DNA of 60,284 nt from Vicugna vicugna (Eukaryota). The notes below the pieces were generated by a model. The model saw only the letters and a list, made by a program, of their open reading frames with translations. It was not told the origin of the DNA and did not search any database. Numbering within the stretch: position 1 is the stretch's first letter; each line of letters opens with the position of its first letter. The DNA lies in contig MU057584.1 of assembly GCA_013265495.1 (NCBI GenBank), positions 124,001 through 184,284 of the forward strand. Reading direction: 5' to 3'. The position numbers and the translations under genes are program-made. Positions 9,970 through 24,386 of this stretch are shown here, one piece after another.

Positions 9970-12900
9970 CAGTTTACTGAGGTCTAATTTATGTATTATA
10001 ATATTTACTCTTTTTAGAATATAGTTCTATGAATTTTGACCAACATATACATTAAAATCAAGATATGGAACATGTTCATCACTCCAAACCATATTGCATG
10101 TGCGATTCATCCATGTTGTTGTATTTGTAGTTTATTTTTACTGTTGAGCAGCACTCCATTGTATGGATATAACATAGTTTATTTTTCCCATTCTCCAGGT
10201 AAAGTATATTTGGGTTGTTTTGAGGTTTTTCAGTTATAATGATGCTGCTATAAACTTTTGCATTCAGGTATTTGCACGAACTTGTTTTCATGGTATTGCT
10301 GTGATGTATGCCATGTGAATGTTCTTTATAAGGAATTGCCACACTGTATTTCAAAGTGGCTGTAGTGTTTTGTATCTCTATAGCAATGTCTGAGAGCTCC
10401 AGTTGCTCTTCATCATTTTCTGCACTTGGTATTGTCTTTTTTTTTTTCATTTGAAGAACAAATTCATTCTAATAGGTGTCTAATTCTATCTCATTGTGGT
10501 TTTAACTTGAATTTCCCTAATGACTAGTGATGTTGACCCTAATATCATGTCCTTATTTTACAGCTATATATGTTTTTGGTGAAGTGCCGTTGAAAACTTT
10601 TGCCTATATGTTAAAAAAAAAAGGGTTGTTTTCTTAGTATCGAGTTTTGCGGGTTCTTTATATATTCGGAACACAAATTCCTTTTAATGTATGTTTCACA
10701 AATATTTTCTTCCAGCCAGTTTCTCTTTCTATTTTCCTAAGTGCATTTTGAAAAGCAGAGGCTTTAAACTTTGATAAAACCCAACTTATCAAATTTTCTT
10801 ATATGGATTATACTAAAAAGTCCTTGCCTACTCAAGATGACAAAGAAAACTGTCCCATCTTTTCCTCAAGGGCTTCTATTGTTTAGGATTTACATTTAGG
10901 TCTAAAATCCATTTTGAGTTAATTTTTATTTGGTGTGATGTATAGGTTGAGATTTATTCTTTTGCACATGGATGTTTAATTATTCCTGCACACTTTAATG
11001 AAAGACTATGTCTCTCATTGAATTGCCTTGGCATGTTTTTCAAAAATCAAGTGACCACATTTGTGAGTCTATTTCTGGACTCTATTATGTTCTACTGTTG
11101 TATGTAGTTAGCCTTCTATTAATACCATATTGTCATGAATGGATGTTCAATTTTGTCAAATGCTTTTCCTGCATCTATTTCTTCTTTTTTTTCCCTGCGG
11201 ATACAGTGAATTAGGCAGTTTGACTTTTGTATATTGAAACAATCTGCATTTCCAGAATCTATACCACTTTGTTATAATGCATTATGGTTTTTATAAATTG
11301 CTGAATATGCTATGATAATATCTTGAGGATTTTGTGTATATGTTCATGGATATTGGTCAACAGTTTTCTGTTCTTATAATGTCACTGTTGGATATTGTAA
11401 TCAGGATAATGCTAGCTTCATAAAATGACTTAGAAAGTTTTTTCTTCTATTTAAGAAATTTTTTTTTGTAAAATTAGAATCGTTTTTTTCCTTGTATGCT
11501 TCACTAAAGTTTTCAGTAACGCCATCTGCCCCTAGATTTTCTTTGTTAGAAGTTTTTAATCTGTAAATTCAGCTTTTTGGGGAGATATAGGAGTATTCAG
11601 ATTGTCTTCTTCTTGTATATGAATGGGTAATTTGTGTCTTTCAAAGATCTTGTACCTTTTGCTTAAATTGTCAAGTTTATAGGCATAAAGGTGTTCCTAA
11701 TATTCATGGGGACCTCATCACCTAAAAACCATGTAGTGTGTGGACACTCTGGGGCTGCTGCTCCTGGTGGAAGGCAACAGGGATCACTTGCTCAATATAG
11801 TCTAATTCCATTTGGATCAGAGAACATTGCGTGATTTTACTTCTTTTAAATTTGCATGGTTTGTTTTATGAACTAGAGTATGGATTTATCTTGGTGAATG
11901 TTCCAAAAGCACTGGAAAGGAAGGTGTATTCAACCACTGTTGGATGAAGTGTTCTCTGGCAAGTAAGTCAAATTGGACAGCAGTATTGTTCAAGTCTTCT
12001 ATATCCTTACTGCTGTACTGTCACCTTATTTTCATCAATTACTAAGAGAACTACTAAGGTTTCGAAATACATCTGTGGTTTTCTATCAGGTTTTGCTTCA
12101 CGAATCTTGAAGCTCTGTTTCTGGATGTATACATATTTAGCATTGCACATCTTTCTGGTGTATCCCTGATAATATTCCTTGTACCAATTCTTTGTTGATA
12201 TTAATATAGCTAGCACAGCTTTGTTTCGACTAGTTTTAGCATGACATACCTTTTCCCATTTTAGTCTTTTAATCTACTTAATTACTTACATTTAAAAAGG
12301 TTTCTTTTAGAAAACATATAGCATATAGTTCGGTCTTGCTTTTTTATCCAATGGGACAAATCTCTGCTTTAAGTGGTGAGTTTATTTTACATTTAATTTA
12401 ATGTAATTATTGTTATCACTGGTTTTAACCTAGCATCATGCTAACTGTTTCCTATATGTACCATGTGTTATTCAATTTTCCTATCTGCTTTTGGGTTATT
12501 TTTTAGAATTCCAAACTACTGGTTTATTAGTTACATGCCACTTAAAAATTTTTAAGTGGTTGCTCTAGGGCCTATAATGTACATATATAATTTTTCAGTC
12601 TACCTTCTAATAATACTACACCAATTCACATAGTGCACAACAGCTACTTCCAATTTTTTTCTGCCCTGTTTTGTGGTATTGTTTTTTTACAACACATTTT
12701 ACTTTTATATATGCTATAAACTCACAAAACCTTTCTCCTATTTTTGCTCTAGTGAATTATATTTTCTAGTGATTAAAAATAAGAAAACCTATTTTATATT
12801 TACTTCCATTTTAACAATTTTCAAAATTCTTTCTTTTAGGAGATCCAAGTCTATTTCTGGTATGATATTCTTCCAGCCTGTAGAAGATTCCTTTAATATT

Positions 12901-14200
12901 TCTTGTACTGCTGGAAGTATATTCTATTAGCTTTTGTTCACATGAGAATGTATTTATTTTGCATATTTTTCTGGAAGATTTTTTTTCATTGGGCTTGGAA
13001 TTTCTGATTCACAGTACTTTGTTTTAGAATTAAAGATGCTACTCCATTGTCTTCTGGCATGCATAGTTTTTGATGAGAAGTTTCCTCTTTTTCTCATCTC
13101 TGTTCTTTATATGTAATGTGGCCTTTTTCTCTGTCTTCCTTTGCATTGTTCATTTTCAGCTATTTGGCAATAATGTGCCTTGCTTTTTGTTTTTGTTTGT
13201 TGTTGTGGTGGTTGTTTTTTAATCCTGCTTGTGTATTCTGAAGTTCTTGGTTTGGGTGAAGTCTTTTATTATTTAAAAACATGCTCAGCTATTATCTCTT
13301 CAAATACTTTTCTTCTCATTCTCTTTCCTTTCCCTCTGGATTTCCAATTATACATAAATTAGACCACAAAAATTTCCCCACAGTTCTTGGATACTCTGTT
13401 TTCTTCACACTTTTCGTGTTTCAGTTTGGGTGACTTCAATTTATTCAAGTTCTCTGACACGTTTCTCAGCTGTGAGTAACTTACTTATGAGTCTTTCAAA
13501 ATCATCCTTGGTCATAAATTCTTTTCTAGTATTTCCCATTTGATTCTTCACTAATTTCCACCAAAATCGCCCCAACTGTTCATGTATATTGTCTGCCTTT
13601 TCCATGAAAGCATTTAACACATCAGCCAGTCATATAAAATTCTGTCTGGTATTTCAGAAATACGGTCGTCTCTAAGTGTGGTTCTATTGATTGGTCTGCT
13701 GTCTCCTAACAGGGTGTTGTCTGTTCTTTTTTTTAATCTTGTAATTTTTGATTGAATGCCAGATCCCATGTATCAAACAGTAGACACTGAAGTAAACAGT
13801 ACTTTTGCCTGGATCTGGGCACTTGTTCTGCTAGGATGTTAGCGTGGGGCGTTGAATCAGTTTGGTCAGGTATTAAGTTGAAACTGGATTCTGTTATTGC
13901 AACAGTTGTCTTCAGTACACTGCTTCAAATGTTTCTAATGTTACCTTGTGCTTAGGGTGGGGGTTGGAGTGCTGATGGATTTTTCTCGATGCTCCTGCTC
14001 CACCTTCAGCTTTTGGCTATCTCTGTGCACTTGTGCCACAGAAGGATTCTCTGTCCATGTTCTTGCCCTTTTCCCAAGGCAGCCTGCTATGACATGTCAC
14101 TAGGAGTAAGCCAGCCTCTTTATGGGGACCAGGGACATTCTTTATTGTCTGGGTTTAGTCACAGTCTTGAATAGGGATTGAAGGGGTCAGAGACCTTATG
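9970..14200 (-). mobile_element. Fragmented old L1 (3' end through ORF2/ORF1 pieces)
   Basis: T-rich, with antisense L1 motifs (catccatgttgttg, ctcattgtggttttaacttgaatttccctaatgactagtgatgttga); ORF 10079-10450 resembles a degraded ORF2 C-terminus. Confidence 0.8.
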
Positions 14201-16554
14201 CATTTTGGGGAGCTAGGACCTGATAAACTCAAAAAACAAGACAAGCTCTCTCCCCTCTCAAGCTGTGAACAAAAAAAGCAGGTGATTGTGAACAAACTGA
14301 AGACAAGACATAAAATGACAGAAGTTAAGAGAATTAAAGAAAAGCTTGACTGACCCGGACCCAAATCCAATTCTCCTTGTATCTTTTCACTTATATGAAC
14401 TGAGAAATATATTTGGTTCAAGTAACTCAAGTTCGATTTTGTTACCTACAACTAAGAGCATCCTAACTGATAAAACCACCATTAGCTCTCATGATCTTCC
14501 CTTGGAAGTGAGGGTAGTAAAGAAATGCATTAAAAGCCCTGGATTTCTAATGATACTGTGAAACCTGAATTAGCACCTTGGAAGCCTGGTTAAGCCAGTG
14601 CCTTGGTCACCCTTTTCATCCAACAGGGAGAAATCTGACAGAAAATAGTTTGCTAATTTATACTACTACTGAATTGTACTAGGACATCGTAGGCTGCATG
14701 GGCTTTGAGACCTAAAGAAATTTACAGAAAGGTAAGGTTGCCAACACCAGATTTATCTGTATCCTCTGGAGACTTTTGAAAATTAACTTCAGGGGTTTTA
14801 TTCTTTAATTTTGGCCATAATGCCATCTAAGGAAATAGAGCAATCACGTTATGAATTCTTAACTATAAGGGACAATACCTCAGTAGTTTATTGTTTTGGT
14901 AAAATTAGTAAATGTTAATTGTGAATTAAAAAAAAAAGTACAAAAAAGAGTAAACCAAAATTTTGCTTGTCACATAAAACCACAGTATACACGACAGTGA
15001 GAAATCTTTCACAGATTATCTATTAAACATGTATTTGAACAGACATGTATATAGACTTAAGGTAACTGGATATTATGAAGGTACAATCCACACTTTTACT
15101 GAACAATATGCATGATTCTTTCCTGTCATTTTAGATTGATCTCATACTTTCCATAGCTCTGTATTACAGGAATGTAGAGAAATTTATCCAAACTCATATT
15201 AATTTCCTGTTTAAAAAATTACCCTTATGTACACATCATTTCTTTAAAACCACTTTATCCTAAATTATTATTCTATGATTTCCAGATGAGTATGTACACT
15301 TTAAATTTTGATGTATATTGTATGACTCTTCTCTAACCGACTTGTATTTTTCATTCCCTCCAACAAAATGCTTTGTTCTTGACAACAGAGATTGGCTTAG
15401 AGAAAATCCTATCCTAATAATCAACAAAATGTTTAGAAAAAGTCAAAAGTTTTCCTTTCGTTGTGCGAGTGGAAGGAGTATGGAGATGGAAAACTTAACA
15501 AAATTAAAGTCCTCCAAACTTGCCACAGATCCTGCCTGAGGAGGTTTGGATTAGACAGGTTATAGCTCTTAAAAATCAGTCAGATCAAAAGGACCTTCAT
15601 GGAAACATGGAAATTAAAAAACCAAGTATTGTAATTTTGTTATTTATTAAGAAAGTATTTTTCATCAGTAATAATTTCTGACACTTTCCATATATTACAG
15701 TAAAACTCTGCCTTAACACACAGGGCAGGAGTAAAAATTCAATTATGTAAAATGCAGTGTTCCAGTTTTGCAGTGTTAACCAGAAACATTGTTTATCAGC
15801 TTATGCATCATTTAAAGTGCACATAGGTGTACATACATACACACATACACAGCTAAACTTAAATGGTTGTATACCATATTGTAACAGACCAAATAGTAAG
15901 ACATTCAGCTCATTCCTGCTTATGAGGGACAAAGGATGCAAATCAGTCCTAGTTGGGTTGCAACCAAATTCATGTAATTTCAGGTTGCAATTTCACTGAT
16001 GTTCTACATTTCAAATAATATTTATTTGCTTGAAGTGCTTATATTAAGGTTACTTGCAGGGGTCCTCCTTCAAATACACTTTTAAATGATTTTTTGGGGG
16101 GAAATTAAAATTTTCAAACATACCTTTACACACTTTCAGTCATTTAGCAAAAAGTCCTGAGCACCTACACTGAGTTGTGCAATGTCATGGTTTCACAGAC
16201 TTAGCAATAAGTGAAGCCCCTTCTCTCACTAAGCTTACAGTCCAGTGGACGTGGATTTAGCTACGCTCATCCTTGTACTTTTCTTAAAGCCCTGACCATA
16301 CTCTTATCTTTTATAAGCCCTACTGCAACAACTGGTTAAAGTCACATGCAATGACTGATGTTAAAGTTCTCACAAAATCCCACATGGAACCCCTCTCGTT
16401 AGATGTCTCTGCTGTGTGGTCTCCTGACTACTGTGAACGTTGATGTTGGGCAGAAATATTACATTTCATGAAAAATTCTTTTTCTACTTTATGAACTCTA
16501 TAGTGAATGGAAAATTTCCACTCCCATTTGAGGACTTCAAAAGAGGACACCATT

Positions 16555-19055
16555 TTATAGAATCTCATTTCTGTATGGATTCTCTGATGAAGGATAAGCT
16601 TTACTATACTCTTCACTTTTATAGAATTTATCACCACTGTGGACTCTTTGATGAATTAGAAGACCTGAGCTCCAACGGAAACCCTTACCACACACATCAC
16701 ATTTGTATGGTTTCTCTCCGGTGTGGACTCTCTGATGAGCCTGAAGGTTTGATCTCTGACTGAAGCCCTTTCCACATACCTCACATTTGTATGGTTTCTC
16801 TCCAGTGTGGACTCTGTGATGGGCTTGAAGACTTGAAAACCCACTGAAACCCTTACCACATTGTTCACATTTATAGGGCCTCCCTTCTGCGTGGACTCTC
16901 TGATGTGCTTGAAGACGTGAACTCTCACTAAAACCCTTCGTGCACACCTCACATTTGTATGGTTTCCCTCCTGTGTGGACCCTCCGATGTGCTTCAAGGC
17001 GTGAACTCTGACTAAAGCCCTTCGCACACATCTCACATTTATATGGCTTCACTCTAGTGTGGACTCTCTGATGACCTTGAAGATATGCTCTCTGACTGAA
17101 GCCCTTCCCACATACCTCACAGATATACGGTCTCTCTCCAGTGTGGACACTCTGGTGGCTTTGAAGGTATGACCTCTGACCGAAGCTCTTACCACACTCA
17201 TCACACTGGTATGGTTTTTCTCCCGTGTGGACTCTTTGATGGGCCAGAAGAGTTGAGGCCTTACTGAAGCCCTTATCACACTCTCCACATTTATAAGGTT
17301 TCTCTCCCGTGTGAACCCTCTGATGAATTTGAAGATTAAAGCTCCAACTGAATCCCTTCCCACACTCTTCACATTTGAATGGTTTTTCTCCAGTGTGGAC
17401 TCTTTGATGGCCTTGAAGGTGTGAACTCCGACTGAATCCCTTCCCACACTCCTCACACTTGTACGGTTTCTCTCCAGTGTGAACTCTCTGATGGCCTTGA
17501 AGGTACGAATTGCGACTAAAGCCCTTCCCACACTCCTCACATTTGTATGGTTTTTCTCCACTGTGGACTCTCTGATGGGCTTGAAGGTATGAACTCCGAC
17601 TGAAGCCCTTATCACACTCCTCACATTTATAAGGTTTCTCTCCCGTGTGGACTCTCTGGTGAACATTAAGAACTGATCTATGACTGAATCCTTTACCACA
17701 TGCATTGCAATTGTATGGCTTCTCTCCAGTGTGGACTCTCTGATGATCTTTAAATTTTGAATTCCAATTGAAGCCATTTCCACACTCTTTATAAGGTTTC
17801 TCTCCAATGTGAATTTTCTGATGGCCTTGAAGATACGAATTTTGGCTGAAGCTGTTACCACATGCATAATGTTTATATGGTTGCTCCCTAGTGTGGACTA
17901 TCTGAAGGTCTTGAAAATGTGAGGCCAGACTGAAGCCATTACCACACTCCTCAGAATTATAGGGAATCTGTTCTACATGAACTCTGTGCTGAATGTTAAG
18001 ATCTGAGTTACAGACGAAACCCTTCTCACAATCCACATCTGTGTATAGTTTCTCTTCAGTCTGGATTTTCTGATGGGCTTGAAGACAAGAACTTCGAGTA
18101 AAGACATTCCCATTCTCCTCATATTCATGGGGTTTCCCCTCAGTATGGACCCTGAAAATACCATTAAGTTCTAAGGTATGACTGAAACCTTTCTCATAAA
18201 TGGTGCATCTATAGGGCATCTCTCCGGTGTGAGTAATTTCATAACTGTTATGAGAGGAACACTGGTTGAAGTTCTCATCATATTCACATTTACATGGCTT
18301 CTCCTCTGCGTGTACTTTCTGATGGGATTGCAGAGGTGAATCCTCAAAAACAGAGTCATCTCCTCTATGAACGCTTTGATGAATATGAAGAACTGAACTG
18401 TAACTACAGCCCCTTCCACATGGACTGTATGAACGGAGCTTCCCTTCTAACTGTAACTGCTGGTGAACTTCAGAGCTAGAGTCATCACTGACGGCTTTCC
18501 TGTACTCATTGTCAGGGTGGGGATTCTGCCCTGTTTGAATTAAGCCTTGATTAAGCGATGAAACCTTCGTGACATCTTCTCCACAGTCATGGCAGCTATA
18601 GTTTTTCTCTGCCCTGTGTACACCCCGATTACCACTGTGATGTGAAATCCAATTGATGCTGTCAGACTTACAGAAATCATTTTTCATGGAAACTTGCTGA
18701 CATCTACACTGATAATTTCGTGACTCCATCAGATACATTTTCCTCCAAGAATGCTGGGCTCTCCCAGAGGGAAATTCTTCATTTTTTGTATAACTAGAAC
18801 CATCTCCTAAATGAGTCAATAGATAGTTCTCATCTTCAGAAACCTGAATTGGTATTCCTGCCCAAACCTGACAGGGGGAATCACCTCGTTTTTGCAACTG
18901 AGAAATGTTCCCTTGAAAATCTTTCATGGAATCTTGACACCTGGTTGACCCTCCTCCACTTTGTTGCCAGGTCTGCCAGGTGGAAAACTCTTTGGGGGAA
19001 AGGCAGCTTAATCCCGCTTCTTGAATACTTTCCATATTATGTTGACTCTTGGTTC
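16555..19055 (-). CDS. ZNF112: ZNF112 final coding exon: linker, degenerate fingers and 13 intact C2H2 fingers
   Basis: 826-aa ORF 16555-19035. AG acceptor at 19056-19057 (tctttattcttatag|GAACC); phase 1 joins in frame ([12 protein letters not shown]). TGEKPY-linked fingers ([32 protein letters not shown] ... WSSGLLIH) match my recollection of human ZNF112. Spliced CDS is 15+127+96+2501 = 2739 nt = 912 aa + stop. Confidence 0.93.
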
Positions 19056-21829
19056 CTATAAGAATAAAGAGAATTTAAACATGTGCTTGGTGGATGCTTT
19101 TATTCAGAGATTTCAAGATTTTGCACTTAGATCATGACACTTAAATAAAGTAGAGGAAAATTCATGTTATTACCTCTGACAGTATTTAGAAAATGGCTCA
19201 TCTTTGGCTACACCAATAAGATAATTAGGAGCCACAGAATTCAGGGTATTTGAATTCAGTCAGGGATCTGCAACACAATCTGGACATTAAGGATAGTGGC
19301 TCTGTTCAAAAGGCCTAGTTAAACCAAACGCATATGAGCATGGGTTTATGATGGGTTGCCTGGAGTTCCCAAGGAGAAAACAGCAGAGAGCAGTCTCAAA
19401 TTGGAAAGAATATAGTTTCAAGTGGACAAATGCTTTTTGCCTTTTCTTTTTTCTCTGGCACATGAGCATATTATTGTTTGTTTTTAAGAAGATCGTGTGT
19501 TAAATGCTGTGCAGATGAAGGTAAACAAAGACCTTTAATCTGTGCTTGAGGCATCATAAGGCTTATCTTTAATGAGTTATTATCTTCATGAGAATAATAA
19601 GCTCTTCTAAATCACTGTAAGCCATTATCAGGTTTAACTCCTTCCAAAAGATATTTTGCAATTATCAAGGACCATGGTGCAGGTCAGAATGTGAAACACT
19701 GTGACAGAATTCAACTCCAAAGACATTAGAAAAAAATGGAGGCTGACAGAAGGAATCACAGGGAAGTTTCATGTCACCTGTTAGGTGTCCTCTGAGGCAA
19801 CTGATTAAGCAAACAAAACTCAATGAAACGCTGACTTTGGCTTGCATCATTTTGTGGGATAATTACTTTAATGTTTAGGGAATTTGAGGCACAAGAAGAG
19901 TTAAAGATGGGCATGTTTGGGTGGAAATGGTTTATCTGTTAGTTATTAAAGCTCAGATTCTCAGCAGGCAGCAGATCTTCATATCCTGGTGAGAAGTATC
20001 CCCCCTGAGGGCAACTGGTCCAACAGGGTTGAAGTAATAACATGTACTCCCCTAACGCTTGTCAGTACATTCTCTTTCAGCATCCAAAAAAACAAAACAA
20101 AACAAAGACCTAGTAAAAGAGGACTTTTCTTCATAACATGAATATTATCCTCACACATAATTCTTCCTTATCAATTTTGTTTTTCTATCTCTCCACACTG
20201 GAATATTTACCCACAAGGACAAGCACTCTGTTGCATGCACTGCGTTACCCTCACTGCCTACAACACTTCTAGCGAATAGCAGTTGTTCGAAAAGCATATA
20301 ATGAATAGATCACAGTTTGAGTCACTCTCACTCACAGAACTAAAAGGGCACGTATGTGGAAGTTATTTTTCTTGGGAAAGGACTGTTGATGGCAGTTTTA
20401 CTGCAAAGCTGAGAGGCTGTATTAAGAAGTAGGGCTACACTCAGGGGTATCACCTGCTGTTGAGAAAAGCAAAGATTACAAGAATCTTGTGGGTTCTGTC
20501 TTTTTAAATTTTCAAAATAACCTCTGAAATGCAGGTTTTTCTCCACAAAATCTTACCTGTAGCCCCACCCTAGCCCCAGCTCAAAAAAAAAAAAAAAGGA
20601 AAAAATAAAAGGTCCCACTGATGATTGTGTGGCACGAGGCTCTGGGGCAGGGCACTGACTGCAGGGTGACACTTATGGTATCCGTAAGTACTCATCTTAG
20701 TACTTTAAAAAAATGTTCAGCAATGTCTCTGGCTTCTGAAATGCAAAGCTTTCAGCCACTATATTAATATTTTGTCACCTAAAAATGAAATGAAGGGACA
20801 TGCTACAGAAGGAATGTCAAATAAATAGCTTATATGTGAGCAGTTTGGGCTTCCAGCTAGAGTTAATAATAATGCTTATAGTTGAGTTTTGGTATCATCA
20901 AAAACACTCAATACATATTCAAGAAGATACAGTTTAATATGTCATGTCTTTTGGGACTGATGTGGTGGCTTGGGGAACATGAAAGCAGCTTGCTAGTCAA
21001 AGCCCAATTTCTTATGAAGCACCTGTTTCAATACAAATTTGTACATACATAATTTATAACATAAGAATCTCTCAAATGTATAAAGATTAAAATTTCTTTC
21101 TGACCAGTGGTTTTAATGTTAAAGGGACAGAGAAAGGAAAATAAAAGTTTCACTAAGGTGAAATTTAGTTTCAGAATATTATGGAAGAGATCATACATTT
21201 AACATTAATTTTTATTATACCCTCAGTGGTACATACTGAAACAACTTATTTGTCATTTTCTCTCCATGTATCAGCAGTTAAGTTCTATTTTAATATCAGT
21301 GGTAGTGTGTTGATGATAAACTCTGTTAAGTTTATAAAAGAACATCATATGATGGAGAAAATATGCACTGCAAAGAGCACTGACCGACCTCACTTGGAGT
21401 AACAAGGATAAGAATTTACTTAATCTCCTTAGTAATTCTGCTTTAGAGTTTGGGAAAGTCAAATCATTCCAATATCCTGTATCAATTAATTCAACAACAA
21501 AGGTGTTATATTTATCATATATACCAAATAATTCTTTTAAATTTAATGCTTATCCATAATGCATTAACAGAAAAAAATCTCTCTATATTTTCTTTTTCTC
21601 TTCTTCAATAGAAGCTACTCAAGAAACATCAACTCAGGCAACCCAGGCTCATATCACCCTGCATTCTTATTCTTACTACATTTACAGATAGTAAGAGAAA
21701 CCAAGGCATTTTCTGGACAGTATCAGATACAGTAACAATAATGTCTTGATTATAGACTGATACTTAAGCTGCTGTGCTGGCTAATCTCTTGACATACCTG
21801 AGGCTTACCTCTCTCTAACAAAGTATTTA

Positions 21830-22920
21830 TCTTTTTTTTAAAAAAATTGAAATACAGTTGATGTAAAATATTGTTTGTTTACATAGTGATTTGACATTTT
21901 CATACATTATAAAATGATCACCATATTAAGTCTAGTAACCACCTGTCCCCATACACGGTTATTATAATATTATTGCCCATATTCCTTATGCTGTATATTA
22001 CACCCCCATGACTTCTTTATTTTATAACTCAAGGCTTGTACCTCTTAATCTTCTTCACCTGTTTCATCCTCCCAGAGTATACTTAACCTTTAGAGGATTT
22101 CCTGTCCATCTCTACTTCTTTTCCTCACAACTGAATGAATTCTGGCTTCTTGTTTGGAAGATAATTATTTATTCAATTTCTTTACCAGATATAGGTCTAT
22201 TCAAATTGTGTATTTCTTCTTGTGTGAGTTTTGGCAAACTGTGTCTTTCAAGGAATTGGTCCATTTCATTTAGGTTATCAAATTTGTGGGCAGTTTGTTC
22301 ACTGTATTCCTTTATTATCCCTTTCATGCCCACAGGTTCTGTAGTCATGTCCCTTCTTTCATTTCTGATATTAGAAATTTATATGCTCTCTTTTTTTCTC
22401 AGTTAGCCTAGCTAAGAAGCTTATAAATTTTATGCATCTTTTCAAAGAATCAGCTTTTGGTTTCACTGACTTTCTCTACTAATTTTCTACTTCCAATTCT
22501 TATTTTTTTCTTCTACTTACTTTGGATTTAACTTGCTCTTCTTTTTCTAGTTTCCTAAGGTTGAAGTTTAGCTGATTGATTTTGGATCTTCTTTCCTAAT
22601 ACATGTATTCAATACTATAAATTTTCCTCTAAGCACTGCTTTTGCTGCTTCCTAAAAATTTTGATAAGTTGTATTTTCATTTTCATGTAGTTTAAGATAT
22701 TTGAAAACTTGAGATTTCTTCTTTGACCTACATATTATCTGGAAGTGTGTTGTTTAATCTCCATTTGTAATTTTCCAGTTATTTAATTTATTGACTTCTA
22801 ATTCAATTCCACAGTGCTCTAAGAGCAGACATTGCATGCTTTTAAACTTGCTAAGGTGCGTTTTATGGCCAAGAATATGGTCTGTCTTGGTGAACATTCC
22901 ATGTGAGCTTGAGACGAAAA
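21830..22920 (-). mobile_element. L1 fragments (3' end and ORF2 endonuclease region)
   Basis: ORF 22754-22939 contains HGMFTKTDHILGHKTHLSKFK, matching the L1 EN IDHILGHK motif. Confidence 0.8.
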
Positions 22921-23030
22921 GTTCTTTCTTTCTAATCATCTACATTAACAATGGTTCCAACAACCAATTCCATGCCACAAAGCTATCATTTTAGAATCAG
23001 TTTTAACTCTGTCCACAGGAAAAACATATT

Positions 23031-23494
23031 CCATACCTTGTTTTATTGTGCTTTGCTTTACTGTGCTTTGTAGATACTGAGTTTTTCACAAATTGAAGGC
23101 AACTCTGTGTTGAGCAAGTCTATTGACGCTATTTCTAATAGAATTTGCTCATTTTGTGTTTCTGTGTCACACTTTGGTAATTCTCATAATATTTCAAGGT
23201 TTTTCATTATTATTATGTTTGTCATGGTTTTCTGTAATCTTTGATGTTACTACTGAGGCTCACTGAAGGCTCAGATGATAGTTTGCATTTTTTAGCAATA
23301 ACGCATCGTTAAATTAGGGTATGTACATTGTTTTTTGGCATAATGTTATTGCAAACTTAATAGACCACACTATGGTATAGCCATAACTTACACATGCACT
23401 AGGAAACCAAAAAATGCGTGACTCACTTTATTGTGACATTTGCTTTATTGCGGTGGTCTGGAACCGAACCTGCAGTATCTCCAAGGTATGCTTG
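23031..23494 (+). mobile_element. Internally deleted Tigger1-type (TcMar) DNA transposon
   Basis: 5' cataccttgttttattgtgctttgc and 3' ctttattgcggtggtctggaaccgaacctgcagtatctccaaggtatgcttg match the recalled Tigger1 termini. Confidence 0.85.
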
Positions 23495-23994
23495 TGTAAT
23501 GTGTGAAAACAAGAAGAGGGTTATGTGGAGTGACGGCAGAGGGAGTGAAATGCAGAAAACAAAGACTACTCTTTGTATTATAGCACAAAAATGGCCAGCC
23601 TATCACGGCCCGTGATCAGATGTGACCACTGTTAATGACTGAAAAAGTAATCTAAAAATTATAAGAAAAAAGTAATTAAATATATGTGTAATTTTAAAAA
23701 TGTATGTGTCATATTAGCAACATGCCATTTTATCCATAGTTCACTTTATGCCTGCAGTTAGTTAAAGCAAATGTAGTAACTTTTTCTATTAAAAAGGAAA
23801 TTCTGGCAAGCAATTGTAATGCTAGATCAGCATGACTGGCACGTGTAAGATGTCACAAGATATTTATGAGAGGTTGCATTAAAACTTAAGGTTTGCTTAA
23901 AGTTAACATACAAAGTTAAGTTACAATTTTGGCAGCTCTTAACAGTGATGTCTGATAATCTAATTAAGCCATAATGGAATTCAAATTATCGGAG

Positions 23995-24156
23995 GAAATA
24001 GCTGTTTTGTATAGCCTAGGAGCAAGAATAGTTTTTACAGTTTTAAAAATCGTGTAAGAAAAAACGAAGAAGAATATGTGATAGAGACCATATGTGGCCA
24101 GCAAAGCCTAAAATATTCACATCTGGACCTTACAGAAAAAGTTTTCTGACTCCTGC
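23995..24156 (+). mobile_element. MER58-like hAT element
   Basis: gagaccatatgtggcc.gcaaagcctaaaatatt...tacagaaaaagttt.ctgactcctg 3' end. Confidence 0.65.
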
Positions 24157-24386
24157 TCTAAAGAGTGTATTGCCTATATGACCCTGAATCTTAACGGAGA
24201 TGGCAACAAAAAATTATAGAAGTAAAGTAATTTGTTTTGAAATTTTTAATTGACTAACTTTTTCCTACCCAGGAGTATCCTTAGGTATCCAGTTGTGACA
24301 ATGCCTTTGACATCAGATGAGGACTCAAGAAACATTACTAAAATGCTTGCACTCACATAAAAGTACAATTTGGAAACTGTATTTCT

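Noticed and set aside
14215..14360. Short Lys-rich open frame on the plus strand (..VNKLKTRHKMTEVKRIKEKLD*)
   Set aside because: Too short, no recognisable homology, and no TSD or splice evidence.
16630..17740. 84-nt periodic array as a CRISPR-like or novel repeat
   Set aside because: It is the C2H2 finger coding repeat; the context is eukaryotic and there is no spacer/cas structure.
16440..18479. Alternate-frame and antisense ORFs over ZNF112 (e.g. 17049-17867, 272 aa; 16656-17036)
   Set aside because: Shadow frames of the 84-nt finger periodicity ([10 protein letters not shown] pattern); no independent evidence of coding.
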